Shown: positions 10,972-23,193, counted from the first letter of the stretch. The stretch is 64,000 nt of DNA from Entomortierella parvispora E1425 (GCA_020891255.1 BQFW01000014.1:1922001-1986000); one strand, 5' to 3'. Made by a program: numbers and translations. The notes: generated by a model not told the origin, from the letters alone.

Positions 10972-13026
10972 CTACTTGAAGTTCATACCAACGACCTGCC
11001 CTTGCACAGCCCTGATTTCCCATGAAGTAGCTTCTTCTGGATCCTTGGGGGTGCCGAATCCCGTCTTGTAACAGTTGACCAGATGGCCCATCGAGGGTAT
11101 ATCTCCCGCCTGAGCGCCTCTCAGGAACCAACCGAAGGCCTCCTTGGGGTTCACGGCCACACCCTTTCCTTCCTTGTACATGATGGCCACACGTCGCATA
11201 CCGATCGCATGGCCTCTCGAAGCCGCCGCCATTTGCCATTCAAAGGCCTCGGCCCAATCGTTCCTCTCATTGACGGCCATGGCTGCCAGGTTGATGCAGG
11301 CCTCGGCCGAGTTGGCGTTATTATGGGCCCGTACAAACAGCTCCCTGGCCTTGGCGGGATCTTTGGAGCTTCCGTTCTCGCCGTTCAAATAGCAGACACC
11401 CAGATCATAGGCGGCTTCCTCGTAATGATTCCTGAGCGCGTTCTCGTACCAGGCAAACTTCTTCTTGTCGTCCTTTTGCACAAAGTCGCCCTTCTTGTAC
11501 ATCATGCCCAGGTTGTACATGGCCTTTCCAGAGCCCAGCTCTGCACCCTTGTTGAACCATTCAAAAGCCATCTCCATGTTGGCGGTCACGCCCCGTCCAT
11601 TAATATAGGAAAGCGCCAGCGCACAGCAGGCATCCGCATGTCCATTGTTGGCGGCGGCCGTGAACCATTCCACGGCGCCCTTGAGGTTCTGATTCGTGCC
11701 CCATCCGTCTCTGTAACAGTACCCAATCTCGTTCTGGGCCACGGGGATCCCCAGTTGCGCCGCCTTGAGCCACCATTCAAACGCCTTCTCGGGTGACTTG
11801 TTCGTTCCTTGTCCTTGAGAATACATATTGCCAATCGTCGCCATGGCCTTGCCATTGCCCTTTTCCGCTGTGTTTTTTTTTTTTTTTTGCAATATAAATT
11901 CAATAAAGGTAAAAAAATATGAGCAAAAACCAGGAAATCTTTTTTGACCTTGACCATTTTGGACCATCAAAACTCCATTTCCCTTTTTTCGTAACAACAA
12001 AAACAGAGAAACAAAAAAAAAAAAAAAAAAAAACTTACCAGCCTTCTCGTAAAAGTAAAAAGCCTGCTCAAAATCGACTGCTTTGCCATACATGCCATAC
12101 TGATGGGCATTGCCCAAGCTCAGCAAAGACTCTGGCCAGCCAGCGGTCGCAGCCCGTTCCAACCATTCCATCGCCTGCACTGTATCCTTGACAAATTCTG
12201 AAGGCGCTGCGGTTCCCCCCGGCGTGGAAGCTCCCGGCGCGATGGAAGGAGGTGGGTTATTCAAGCTCCTGGCATAGACATGCATGGCCTCTGGATGGCC
12301 CTCCTGTGCCGATTGCAACAGCCATTGCATCCCGACCTTCATATTCGCCTCCGTGCCCCGACCGTTCATCAGACAATCCGCGACCTTGAACTGGGCCAAG
12401 GACTTGTCAATCACATCAATCGAGCCCTCCACGGCCGTGGCCGCCGTCATCCACCATCCAAAGGCCTTTTCGGCATCGGCCGGGAACTCTGCGCCTGCAC
12501 CCGTTGTATAAAGCTCTGCTAACCGAATCGTGGATTTCGCATCCCCGTTCTTGGCCGCCGTCTCCAACCACATGGAGGCACCCTCGGCCGTCGCCTGACA
12601 ACCCTCGCCCTTCATCAAACACTCACCCACGCGTCGAGTTGAGGGCGTGTGGGAGGCATAGGCAGCCTTCAAGTAGAGATCAAAGGCCGCCTTCAAGTTC
12701 TTGGGCACGCCCGTCCCGCCCCGCGTGTAGAGTTCTGCGAGACAAAACTGGGCCTCTAAATGGCCCTTGTTGGCGGCGGCCAGGTACCAGTCCTCGGCGC
12801 CCTTGAGATTCGGCACGGTGCCGATGCCGTGTTCGTAACAGTAGGCGGCCCGGAAGAGGGCATCGTTCTCGCCATTGTAAGCGGCTTTGGTGTACCATTG
12901 CAATGCCTGACCAGGGTTCTTGCTCGAGCCTTCCTGTCCCTCTTCAAAGTATTTGCCGAGGAGGTATTGAGACCGAGGATCCTCCCGCTGGGCCTTTTCC
13001 ATGAGGCTGTTGAACAAGGCGCTCAT
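10972..13026 (-). CDS. Sel1-like repeat protein; exons 13026-12039 and 11867-10972
   Basis: Many A-x2-x-L-G-x-x-Y-x-x-G-x-G repeats (AQFCLAELYTRGGTGVPKNLKAAFDLYLKAA). A 171-nt in-frame GT-AG intron (11868-12038) explains the poly-F/poly-K stretch in the ORF track. Confidence 0.88.
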   Translation of the reverse strand: MSALFNSLMEKAQREDPRSQYLLGKYFEEGQEGSSKNPGQALQWYTKAAYNGENDALFRAAYCYEHGIGTVPNLKGAEDWYLAAANKGHLEAQFCLAELYTRGGTGVPKNLKAAFDLYLKAAYASHTPSTRRVGECLMKGEGCQATAEGASMWLETAAKNGDAKSTIRLAELYTTGAGAEFPADAEKAFGWWMTAATAVEGSIDVIDKSLAQFKVADCLMNGRGTEANMKVGMQWLLQSAQEGHPEAMHVYARSLNNPPPSIAPGASTPGGTAAPSEFVKDTVQAMEWLERAATAGWPESLLSLGNAHQYGMYGKAVDFEQAFYFYEKAGKFFFFFFFVSLFLLLRKKGNGVLMVQNGQGQKRFPGFCSYFFTFIEFILQKKKKNTAEKGNGKAMATIGNMYSQGQGTNKSPEKAFEWWLKAAQLGIPVAQNEIGYCYRDGWGTNQNLKGAVEWFTAAANNGHADACCALALSYINGRGVTANMEMAFEWFNKGAELGSGKAMYNLGMMYKKGDFVQKDDKKKFAWYENALRNHYEEAAYDLGVCYLNGENGSSKDPAKARELFVRAHNNANSAEACINLAAMAVNERNDWAEAFEWQMAAASRGHAIGMRRVAIMYKEGKGVAVNPKEAFGWFLRGAQAGDIPSMGHLVNCYKTGFGTPKDPEEATSWEIRAVQGQVVGMNFK

Positions 13027-13428
13027 TGTCGTTTTTTAATCGTTGGGGGGATGGGGTTCGTGCGTTTTTCGTCTGTTGAGAGTGTGGTTGGATGGATGAT
13101 GGAGAGGGATGAAGCAAGAGGAGGATGTGGTTCACGCGCGCACCTCTTGTGTCTGTGTATTTGTTTTCTATTCCTGGGAAATGGAAGGAAGGTCGGAGAA
13201 CGTTGGGGGGGGAGGGGTGAAGAGGGAGATGTGAGGATGCAATGAGATTGAAGGGAGGTAGATGATGAAGAGGGGGAGGTAAGGAAGAGCGGGAAGAGAC
13301 TGAACGGAGAAAGGGAAAAGAAGAGAGACGACAGAGACTGGGCTGGGGGGGAAAGAAGACGAAGAGCGAAGAGAGAAGAGAGAGGGAGGAAGATGCACAC
13401 AGGGCAGTGTGCAGTGTGTCAGTGCAGT

Positions 13429-13484
13429 CAGTGTGCAGTGTGCAGTGTGCAGTGTGCAGTGTGCAGTGTGCAGTGTGCAGTGTG
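13429..13484. repeat. Heptanucleotide microsatellite (CAGTGTG)8, with degenerate copies from about 13405 to 13492
   Basis: Eight perfect consecutive CAGTGTG units read directly from the sequence. Confidence 0.95.
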
Positions 13485-13561
13485 CAGTGCAGCAGCGCGA
13501 GAGAGAGACAAGGGGACAGACACCCCCACATGGCCCCAAGGGATTTACACCCTTAACGGAT

Positions 13562-14021
13562 ATGGATTCACCTTCCTCCCTTGTAAGCCCTGGCCCCTGT
13601 TTCTTTCTTTCTTTTTTCCAATCCTGTCCTCCCTATCCGCGCAACACCGTTACCGACCGTTATCGACTGATCGCTTTCTTTTGTCAACAACGAAAAAAAG
13701 CTTCTGCTTTCGTCTCAGGACACCAGACCAAACAACGTCATGGATGTACGGAAGAATGTATGCAGTAGTCAATTCTCATGATATTAGACAGGACATGCAA
13801 CCTGGACGATCATGCAAAAGATGGGATGCTATACCGCGTACTGCAAGGACGAATCCCGTGCCACTATCACCGCATATGTAGCAGGTTCGATTGTACAGGT
13901 CGAAAGAACCTTGGTCAAAGATTTTGTAGTATCCGGACTCCAAATGCAGCCTTCGGTGGTGGACTGTTCGATTCAGCTTTTGATTGCGAGGAGAGGATAT
14001 CAGTGGCATCGAAGTTCATAA
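13562..14021 (+). CDS. Possible small intron-containing hypothetical protein (last exon ...HATWTIMQKMGCYTAYCKDESRAT...RRGYQWHRSS)
   Basis: An ATG near 13562 is followed by a GTAAG donor, and an open frame ends at TAA 14019-14021. No recognisable domain; the exon structure is uncertain. Confidence 0.25.
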
Positions 14022-14325
14022 TATTTGGCCTTCTTGGACCTCTTTTAGCACTACGTAGATGGATGATGTACGGTTTGGAGACGCTTCCTACATCCCTGTA
14101 TCGCTGAAAAGTACAAGGTATAAAAATGCGAGGATTTGCTTGATGAATCACTTTCACCGTTAGCGTAGGGAATAGCACCATCAGGTTTTCCAATACCAGG
14201 ACTCACTTTTTTTTTTGGTTTTTTTCAACCTTGTGCCATGTTGCAACATGGCTTTATTTTTTTACTGGTCAAGAGTAGGGGATCACCTTCTTCTACATCC
14301 TCTCTCTTTCCACCACCATACTCGT

Positions 14326-17300
14326 TCAGTTGCTCGAGTCAATCAGCTTCGCAAACGCCATAGTGTTGTTGCCAAAATACTTTGCAATGACCTCAAAACC
14401 ATCGTCTGCATCCTCGAGCTAAGTCAGAGTCAAAAAAAGAGGGCAAAATAAACACATCAGCATCCAGGCATCCAGTGCATCAGTCCTTATGTCTCAGTTT
14501 AGTCTAGTTCAGTCGAGCCCAGCCCAGCCCAGTCCATTTCAGTCAAGAACCGCTTACCTCAGAAAGGAACAGATCGTGCTTCTCTGCATTGGCCTCTTGC
14601 ATCCTGCGGATATCCGCCACCGTTCTCTGTTCAATCATGCACTTTGGACACTCGCGATCTGCAGAGTCTGCAAGACAGCGCTGATGGAACGAATGGCGAC
14701 ACAAAAAGTGAACCGAGGGCAGGTCCAATGATCCACCACAGCTGCTGCACTTGGTCACCTGGAAGATCCTAGCCGACGTCTTGAGATCTTCGATTTCGCG
14801 CCTCTTGTTCTCAGATTCCTGTCTATAACTCTGAATTTGCTTCTGATCCTCTGCACGCTCCTTCTTTTCTGCCTCGATCCGGCGCCCAATGTAGTTCTTG
14901 ATCATGCCAATGGTCGCCACAGAGGTTTGGCTCAGCGCCTGGACCACCTGTAGTGGTGGCAACAAATCCTGCTGATCAATATGGTCTAGAACCTTGAGCA
15001 ACTCTGGTGTCGCACTCGTCAAACGGCCAGGCGACGAAGAAAAGTAGGACAAGGTCAATGGGTATAGAGACGGCTCCAGAGGTCTAAATTTCATTGGGAA
15101 GAAGTTACGGCGCGTTAGCCAGCAGTGCAATAGTTAGATCTGTCATACGACTCAGAGGGTACAAGGGCTTCCTAACTCTTACCCGTATTTGCGGAGACAT
15201 TCAATCACTTTGGTGGTATCATCTCTGCCAATCCAGAGTCGCAAAATGTCGGTGTACATCTTCATCCGCTCATACAAAAACACGATTCCTTCGTCAAACT
15301 CTGCCAGATGGCAGAGTACCAAGGCGTGGTTCATATCGTATGAAATTTCGGTATCGTTCAAGAGTCGAAGGCATTTCTCCTTGTTAATATTTCTGTCCCT
15401 CATCTTCTTGTACAGATCCGCTGCTCCCAGCATAGATTCCTTCCCAGTGTTGTTGTGAGCCAAGTACAGCTCAAAAAGCGTGTTCCACACTGCCTTGCGC
15501 TCCTCCATGTCTTGATCGGACATGAGCCCGCTGCGTCCCAGGGATGATCGGTCAGTCGAGTCGTATGCCTTCTTCGAGCCAGTGACGGCATTTACACTGC
15601 CTATGCTGTTTGGTCGACCACCTGCGTTTGTGGGTGACTTGGCAGATGCTCCGGCCGGTGTCAAGTTGGTTTGTGCGGAAGGAGATGGCCAGCGGTTGGC
15701 AGAGACCTGCTCCAAGAAGGTGATCAAATAGGATGGCAAATCCACAAAGAGGCTCATGAAGGTCCTGGGTGATGGTGGTGAGTATTTCACAGAGTCGCCT
15801 TGACCTCCTTTTGACTTTGGTTGGAAAACCGTTTGACTAATAACCCTGGGACTAGAAATAGCATTGGCTGTCAAGTTGGCTGTGACTGGGCTTCCTGCCA
15901 TAGCAAACGGAAGATTGTTCAGGCCTGGCTGACCTCCAGCTGGTGTCACTGTCCCTGGGGTTGGAGAGGGTGAGCCGGCTTTTGTCAAAAATCCAGAGCA
16001 GAGGTCCACAAGGAGCTGGGTCGTTTTTTCGGGAAGATGAGTCAACAGAACCTTGCCGTATTTCTGGAGATTTTTGTCCGCCTCTTTTGATCCCAGTCGT
16101 CGCATATACGCCAGCGCTTTTTCGTAATTTTTGACGTCGTCGATTTGAACCGTGAGGTACCTACAAGTAAATTGATAGTGTGTTGGAAGCTGCGTATGGA
16201 TATCATTTTTTTTCAATGCATTCTGTTACTTTGGCACTTACAGATCGTGTTCTTCAAACTTCTCGGCCAAATACACGGCATGCTCATAGTACCCAGCCTG
16301 CCGACACACTTGGATGGCAGTTTCCAAATCAAACATCAAATCAGAGTCGGTCTAAATGAACAAGTTTTAAGTCAGCTTCACGATAGAGAGCCAAGGCAAT
16401 AACAGGATACACCCATCTCAAGAACCAATAAAGTACCTTAATAAATTCGTCCAGACGCTTCACATCCTTCAGTTTTGTGTAGCAGTTCAATAAAAGAGTC
16501 GTGTGGTCGGCGTTCGCGAGTCCGCTGGAATGCAGCTCTTGGAGGTACGAAGTCAAGTTGTAGATTCGCTGAGCGTCGAGGAACTTTCGAATAACATAGG
16601 AAGGCTCCAAGCGACCAATTGTTCGCACGTATTGTCCCATGGCGCCATCGTAATCGCCTTTGGTGTACAAGTGGTCGCCATACTTTTTGATGATGTCTGA
16701 GATGCTGGCATTGTCGTATTTTTGGTTGTGGGCCAGGTTGATAGCCAAAAGATACATGTTCTTCTTGAAAAGGATGTCTAGCTTGACAGACGTATCCATT
16801 TCGTCAAGGCGATACACCTATTAAAAATCAGTCCACACTGGTTACTAGGCAAGTTCAAACAATCGCGGGAGGATATTCTATCCTTTGTCATGATATGTTG
16901 CTCTTACCTTGCCACCATTCTCAACAATATGGATGCTTCCCCATTCGCAAATCACGCTTCGAATGCCCTGAGAAAATGTGGCCTGATAAGCGGTAAATTT
17001 GTTGAGTGTGTCAATAATGGTGAGTCTCGTGGTGTCGTTCGCTGAAACGGCCGAGGCATTGACTCCGAATTGTCGAGATGCTGCTGTGGTGATGTTGGGC
17101 GGAGACACTAGGACTAGGTAGGATTTGTAGAATGAAATAAAGGTTTTGGGTCCTGCAAAACGTCTTGGGTTAGTTTTACTGCTGGCAATAAAACGGATCC
17201 ACGACCATGTTAATTAAAATGTCGCCAAAGTTCGTACCATCAAAAGCATATGCAGGTCCACGTCCGTCCGCACCGTAAAAGAAAATAGCTTCATCGCGGG

Positions 17301-18383
17301 CAATAGCCAGCTCCTGTGATGCCTCGTTCATGACAGCGCAGCCTAGACCGCCACCTTGATCATCGAGTGTCTACGCAGCAAAAAATAAATATTAGAACAC
17401 ACGCTCGTGGTCCAAGGTTTGTAGAGACATCCGTGATACTCTCTAGCCTCCTTACCTGGGTATGTTTGGTAAACGTATTGTACAAAAGAACCTTTGAGGT
17501 TGTGGCAATAAACAACAATGCGCCTTTCTGTTGTTCCTTGAATCCCAAGCCTGTAAACGTTTTGAACGAGGTTTAGTTTGTCGCCTTCCGAATTTGACAT
17601 CTGGCGCCTACTCCAAGCTTTCATATCGATACCTGTGATGGGCTCGTCGTTCTGGTGCACAATCTTTTGTGCCGTCGTGCGCTCGCGCATTAAATCACCA
17701 TTAATCAAGACGACAACGCCGTTGGCGAGACCGACCGCAATCTGCGACAGGTTCTCCAAAACTGCAAGTGCCGACACAGGGAATGTATCCTTCGTTTGCT
17801 GGACACGAATCGATCTTTCCAGAGTCGGTCCTGTTTTAACCCTGTCTGGTTTGTCCAGATCCCATAGTTTGATGACTTGAACAGCATTGTCTTCCTCCTA
17901 CAAGGAATTAACTAGTGTTAGTATCGCGCGGGTAACCTGGGCAAAAACAGCGAAATAGCTCTTTGCAGATAGTCTCCTTACTCCAACAGTGACTAGTATG
18001 TTGCGCTGCCGGAGCTGCTTCATGTGTGTGATACGACCGCTCTCGTACGCGAGAAAGGACTCGACTTTGAGATTCTTGTCAATGATGTGCACAACGCCTG
18101 ACCGGTCAGCGACCACCATGTGCCCGCGACCACTTGTAGCAACATTAGACTCGATGGACTAGACAGAATGAAAATGATGTTTCAATAGCGTTAGATGCTG
18201 ACGGGGTTGCTGCAGGGGGCTCCACTGACCGACACACGGGTTTTTTCTGGGGGTCATGTCGCTGAACAGCCACGAGGGGGTGACAGAGACACACACCTGG
18301 AATATCTCGGGCGACTTTGTTGGGTCCTCGGGATCCTTGAGCTCGACCTTGTCGAAGAAATTGAACTGGCGCTGCAGAGCCAT
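14326..18383 (-). CDS. VPS11: Vacuolar protein sorting 11 (HOPS/CORVET subunit), multi-exon
   Basis: Starts MALQRQFNFFDKVELKDP. Contains VVADRSG, LFKKNMYLLAINLA...IIKKYGDHLYTKGDYDGAMGQY, RING-H2 CSSCGGSLDLPSVHFLCRHSFHQRC...CPKC and the C-terminus DGFEVIAKYFG. Confidence 0.95.
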
Positions 18384-18923
18384 GGTCTGCAAGAGAGATG
18401 AGATGTGAGGTTGGATGGATGAAGGCGGACGACTGGAAACGAGATTGTCATGAATGAAGCATGCATGCATGTGAGGGCCTCCAATTTGATCACGTGATCA
18501 ATACAAGTCGCGTCGCTGCAGGGGCCCCAGGCGACGAGACATTGTCACTCTCGTCCCCTTTCTCCATAATTGCGTTAGCCGCGGGCGATGGGGCTTTGTC
18601 ACTCAAAGTGAACGCATTACAAGGAAAATTGTCGCTGTTGATAGACTATCATGGAGGTCATCGATTTTGCAGTCGGGGCCTCTGTCTGACAAAGGGGTTT
18701 GTTGAAAGCGCATTCCCCCTCCCAAGCCAGTAGCAGTGGCCATCCTTGCAGCAGGAGGACCATAGCTACATCTGTTATAAAGCGAACAACTCGTACTTCA
18801 TCCACTCAGGTCGCTTGCTTTTGGGGCTATATCTAAAACCCTCGCACTCCAAGTGATGGTCGCGGTCGAGCTGACCGTCTAGCACTTTCCTCTCGCGTCG
18901 CTCCCTTTATTTTTTTTTTATTT

Positions 18924-19006
18924 CCAGTCGCCTCGACTGGAGTCGCCCTTGTTTCCCAGTCGCCTCGACTGAAATTGCCCTCTTATTTCCCAGTCGCCTC
19001 GACTGG
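18924..19006. repeat. Three tandem ~33-bp units, each with the palindrome CCAGTCG-cct-CGACTG(G/A)
   Basis: Copies at 18924-18940, 18956-18972 and 18990-19006. The linkers are related to each other (GCCCT...TTTC). Confidence 0.9.
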
Positions 19007-19329
19007 CTATTATTTGTCTCTCATGCATGCAGTGCTTTCTTGATTCATCTCTTCACATTGCATTCCATTCCAACAGATGATGGAATTGCCCAAATATATA
19101 TATCTGTATATTGTGCTCATGTGACATTCTCACCATTTGAGCGGACTGGAACAGACCAAGGACTGTTCAACTCAAGGGTTGCTGCCGCCTGAGTGCAGGT
19201 GTGGTTGCTCGTCCAGTAGTGAAGTGCTGGCCCTACTTGGCTTCATCAATTGCTCAAGAGCCTGAGGACGCGCAAATCCAAGTCGTCACAGATGTTGAGC
19301 CACCAAAATAGGTTACTTTACATCGGCTT

Positions 19330-19890
19330 CGGCCTTACGAGGGTACCCTGGATAGCGATGCACAAAATTATCGGGTCGTGGTTGACCAAGGTCGGCTGCA
19401 CTGCTTACGCCGATAGCTGATGTAAAAAAGTGAAAGGTGAGAACTTTGAGACAAACCTCTTCTTGCTCGACAACTTTCACACAAAGAACAATCGAAGCTT
19501 AACGCGACCCATGCAATAAACCATGGTTATACTCAATATCACTACGGTCTGTTGGAGTGTTTCCGAGGGGCAAGAAACATCAGGGCACAAAACAAAACCT
19601 GGTGGACGACGATATGGAAAGAGAGGAAGTGGCCGATCTTGGATCACTCGCACGGCGGCAATGGACGGTCATTGATACCCGCCACGGAGGCGCCATTATT
19701 TCTGAAAGACAAGATCAACACGTTGTTCTGCACGACTCAAGAGATCGAGAGCATCATGGCGGACAGGTTTATCAAAGGTATCGAGGACTACGTCCGAACA
19801 GGAGTTTGGAATCATCTTTGGCAATCTCGGAGACTAGTGATGAACGAGCATGAAAGGCGACTCAGAGGACTGGGCCTGGTATTGCTGTAG
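19330..19890 (+). pseudogene. Degenerate fragment resembling the C-terminus of a fungal non-LTR retrotransposon ORF2
   Basis: RSLIPA...VWNHLWQSRRLVMNEHERRLRG recalls the RG(L/F)IP...IWxxRCxxMxxWE tails of fungal LINE ORF2. Upstream frames are broken by stops. This is a resemblance from memory only. Confidence 0.3.
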
Positions 19891-20796
19891 CAAGCCAGTT
19901 GCCCCCACTATTCGCGGGCCGCGAAACCAGGGTGCATGGGCCGTCATTGACGGGTTGTGCAATGCAGAATCATTTTATTCAGTCAGTTCCCTTCGGGTCG
20001 CGAGCGAGTGTGCACTTACAATTAACAGCCAACATACCCCGTACCAGCGAGGGACCCAAAAAAAACTCGATTCAATATGCAGGTGTTGTTGGATCTATGC
20101 CTGGTATTGCACTCTTCGAATAGATAAAAATGTGATGTGCTGTTCCACTCCTTCCGCTCGATGATCATCTCTCTTAAAACTACTAGCCAGCTGCACCGAT
20201 CAATGTGCAGTCCACATGTTTTGCACATTGGCATGCTTCCCCTCAGTCCAACACTAACCGGGATACCCGTTGAGTGGATCATCCTTTTTTTTTTGGCCCT
20301 GTAAGAGGTCGTTGTCTCCGGGACAGGAGACGCCTCTGGGTCTTTGGAGGAGGGTTCGTTACAACTGGTTTGGAGGAGGACTTGAGAAAATTCAAGGACG
20401 GGTCTCTTGTGTTCAGCTCTAGGAATGAGTCTTGTGCGCCTTGATCTGCAGTTAAGCCTCGCGCGTCCATATACGATAAAGAGTGCGTGTTGCTCTTCAG
20501 GCACCAGGGCGTATTAAGTCAGTACCATTTGGGGGGGGGGTAGATCCCCTCAGGAAGCAGCCATCTGAGGAGGAAGAGAGGTGGCGAAAGAAGAGAAACA
20601 CAAAAAAAAAAAAAATGACAGGAGTGTAGTTCAGATCGGAATTTATTGGTGGTGCAGTGTCCACTGGTGCCCAGTGGTGCCCAGTGGTGAGGTCACCACC
20701 AGAGGGTTTGGCTCCACTCCTTGTTTTTGCGATTTCGCTAAGCATAGCCTTAGAGTTATTTCTTCGACTATGTCGTCCTGTGATAAGAGGTGCTCG

Positions 20797-23193
20797 TTAC
20801 TGGTTCATCATCCACGTCAGCATCTGGAAGTAGTTTCTCGCTGCGAGCAGAGCAAATGGCTCATCAAGGACAGTTTTCGGTTCTTCTCCGAAATGAAGAA
20901 TCCTCCCAACAGACGCTTCCACAAGCGGGGCTTCCTCACCATCGAGGATCAAAGGATATTCTGGTAAATGGTGTTCCAAAACAAAGGCCTTGAGGGTAGT
21001 CTGTATGTTATGGTATTCGGCATACCGTGCTTCATCGCGGGCGACTCGTTCGACCATACGATTGATATCAAAAGCGATGTTTCCTCTGCCATAAAGAGGC
21101 TGGGCTGTTGAGGACAGTCGGTCTTCAATCTTCTTGATTGCCATTCTCCAATCGGACTGGTCACTGCTGGGTGTAAGCATCAGTTCTATTATTCAACGCC
21201 AAGCGAAACAGGTAAGTCTTGTGCTCTCATGGTGATGGAATTTTCATTCAGTTTAACCTGTCGTACCGATTGCAGACACAATAGGTCGAAAACGCCCGCG
21301 TAAGCGCTCATAGAGTTCTTCCACCGATTCTCCCGGGACAAGGTCGTCAAAGTTGTCTCTGCTGTCGTCATTCAATAAGGAGCGACGTATGAGATGTCGG
21401 TATTCCTGCACTTGCTCCAGTGATCTCCAACCTTGGAAATTGGTGAATGGCCCAAGTTGCTCTTGATAACCTTTAGTAATAGCCCCTGAATCCTCAAGCC
21501 ACTTTAAATCGAAAATGCTGAAGCCAGTCGCACAAGGCATAACGCAAAAGGTGTCGCGGTAGGCAGATGTTTTGTAGAACCCGTGCATCAAAGGCGAGAG
21601 GATCGGTTGCATGTAGTCGTCAAGAGCTGAACCTCCTGCTTGTCGCGCAGCTTCCGAAGGTCTCCGTTGTGAAAGAAATGCCCCATAACCCTCTTTGCCG
21701 AGATTTTGAGCTTCGTCAATAACCAGGAGGACCTTATCTCCAAATCGCAAAGAGGGTGCCTCGAGAAGGCGTTGGCGGAGACTCGTGAACCGCCCCCGCA
21801 CGAGGGCACTCATTTCCACTGTACCCACGGTGTAGCAGTGGATCGCAGCCGCAATCGACAAGAACAGATTGGCAAACAGGTCTTGGACGCCCACTGAGCG
21901 AGCATCTACTTGCAGTAGCATCCATTTTTTGCAGGTGAACGGCACTCCCTTGTTTTCCGCAATGTCGAGGCAACGGTTTAAGACCAATATACGAGTAAGA
22001 ACTAGAGCCAGGGTCAGAGTGTGAACGTGGTTGTTGCTCTCCAAGTCGCGATTCTGGTATCTTGCCGTTTCTTGGACCAGCTTAAGAAAAACGGAGAGAT
22101 CATCAGACCCTAAATCCGTGTCACTTGCATTGAAATAAAATCCCCAGTTCTTGCAGAGCATCTCGATCGCGGTCCTCGTTTTCCCACACCCCGTGACACC
22201 GAAGAAAGGCAGCAAGGGGATAACTCGTCCGTAGATTTTCTCAAGCGCTCTGTCGGTAGTGCTAGGAGGCTCCTCGGCCTCCACTGATACCGGTAGGTTC
22301 AGAAACATGAGATTGGGTTTGTTCAAGCCCTGTTTTGCTCGGGCTTGAATATTGGGTAGACCGGCAAGTGCACCTGTAGTTGTCGGTATACCGATGCCTG
22401 GCTCCATGAAGCGGGCCAGACTTTCACTGCCCTCCGACTCATACGCAAAGAATGTAATGTTGATATTTTCAACTAGCTGTTGCCAACATTCAACTATAGA
22501 ATATCGTGAGTATGCTAAAGTTAGTAATGCACCTTAGTAGACAAAGGTTGTTTAGGTCCACAATGTCTACTGGCACTCACCATGGGGCCGCGAGGCAGCA
22601 GGGGAATCATCTAATGCATTGATACGTAGTTTACGGTCAAATCCTCCTGTCCGCGTCCGAAGAAATTATTTAACTCGAGCCTGACCTAATATCATTGTGT
22701 AAAATACTTACCTACAAACATCGGAGATTCCGAGGGGACCACAGGTGCTGGCCGTACGGCCACTGCTTTCAAAGAAAGGGGAAGACTGAATTAGGCTCAC
22801 TCCTCACACAACGAGACACAATGACGAAACAGTTTAAACCTGTGTATGACAAACGTGAACGAGAAAAAGCTCAACAATACCTTTTTCTCGAAGCTGGATT
22901 ATGACGTAGGTGTCGTCGTCTAGCGTCAGGGTAGAAAGGCGTTCTTTGGGGTGAAGCTCCGTTTTGTTGGCAATAGTCTTGACCTCGACAGTGACGGCGG
23001 AGCCTTTTTCGGCGTCACTGAGGTTCACTTTCCAGAGAGTTGGGACATTCAAGGGATCAAAGGCGATGTTGGACATCTCCATGACACGCTGCGCGAGTCT
23101 TGAAACACTGGCACCAGATTCAATAAGGACATCGAACCCTTGGGAGGTGGTGTATCCGTTAAAGAGACAGAAGATACTCAAGAATTTGGCCAT
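20797..23193 (-). CDS. Crinkler (CRN)-type protein: ubiquitin-like N-domain plus P-loop NTPase-like domain; exons about 23193-22881, 22767-22712, 22647-22581, 22476-21267, 21185-20797; possibly C-terminally truncated
   Basis: N-terminus LSIFCLFNG...FDVLIESGASVSRL...TLWKV...TYVIIQ fits the CRN header. Also contains Walker A FGVTGCGKT, Walker B-like LLVIDEAQ, LRGRFRPIVSAIE and LVEASVGRI...VLDEPFAL. Confidence 0.8.

Noticed and set aside
11868-12038. Hydrophobic poly-Phe 'transmembrane' segment in the Sel1 ORF
   Set aside because: It is an in-frame GT-AG intron with poly-T and poly-A runs.
14455-14545. Pentamer-like repeats (CAGTC/CAGCC/TAGTC)
   Set aside because: An ordinary degenerate microsatellite inside the last VPS11 intron.
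18924-19006. CRISPR array next to a Cas12-like nuclease
   Set aside because: Only three units, the 15-17-nt linkers are similar to each other rather than unique spacers, the host is eukaryotic, and the array is about 4.7 kb from the nuclease gene.
22640-22711. Premature stop (TAA at 22666-22668) making the CRN a pseudogene
   Set aside because: That reading needs a 26-nt intron. A ~64-nt intron ending at GACAG places the TAA inside the intron and keeps the frame.
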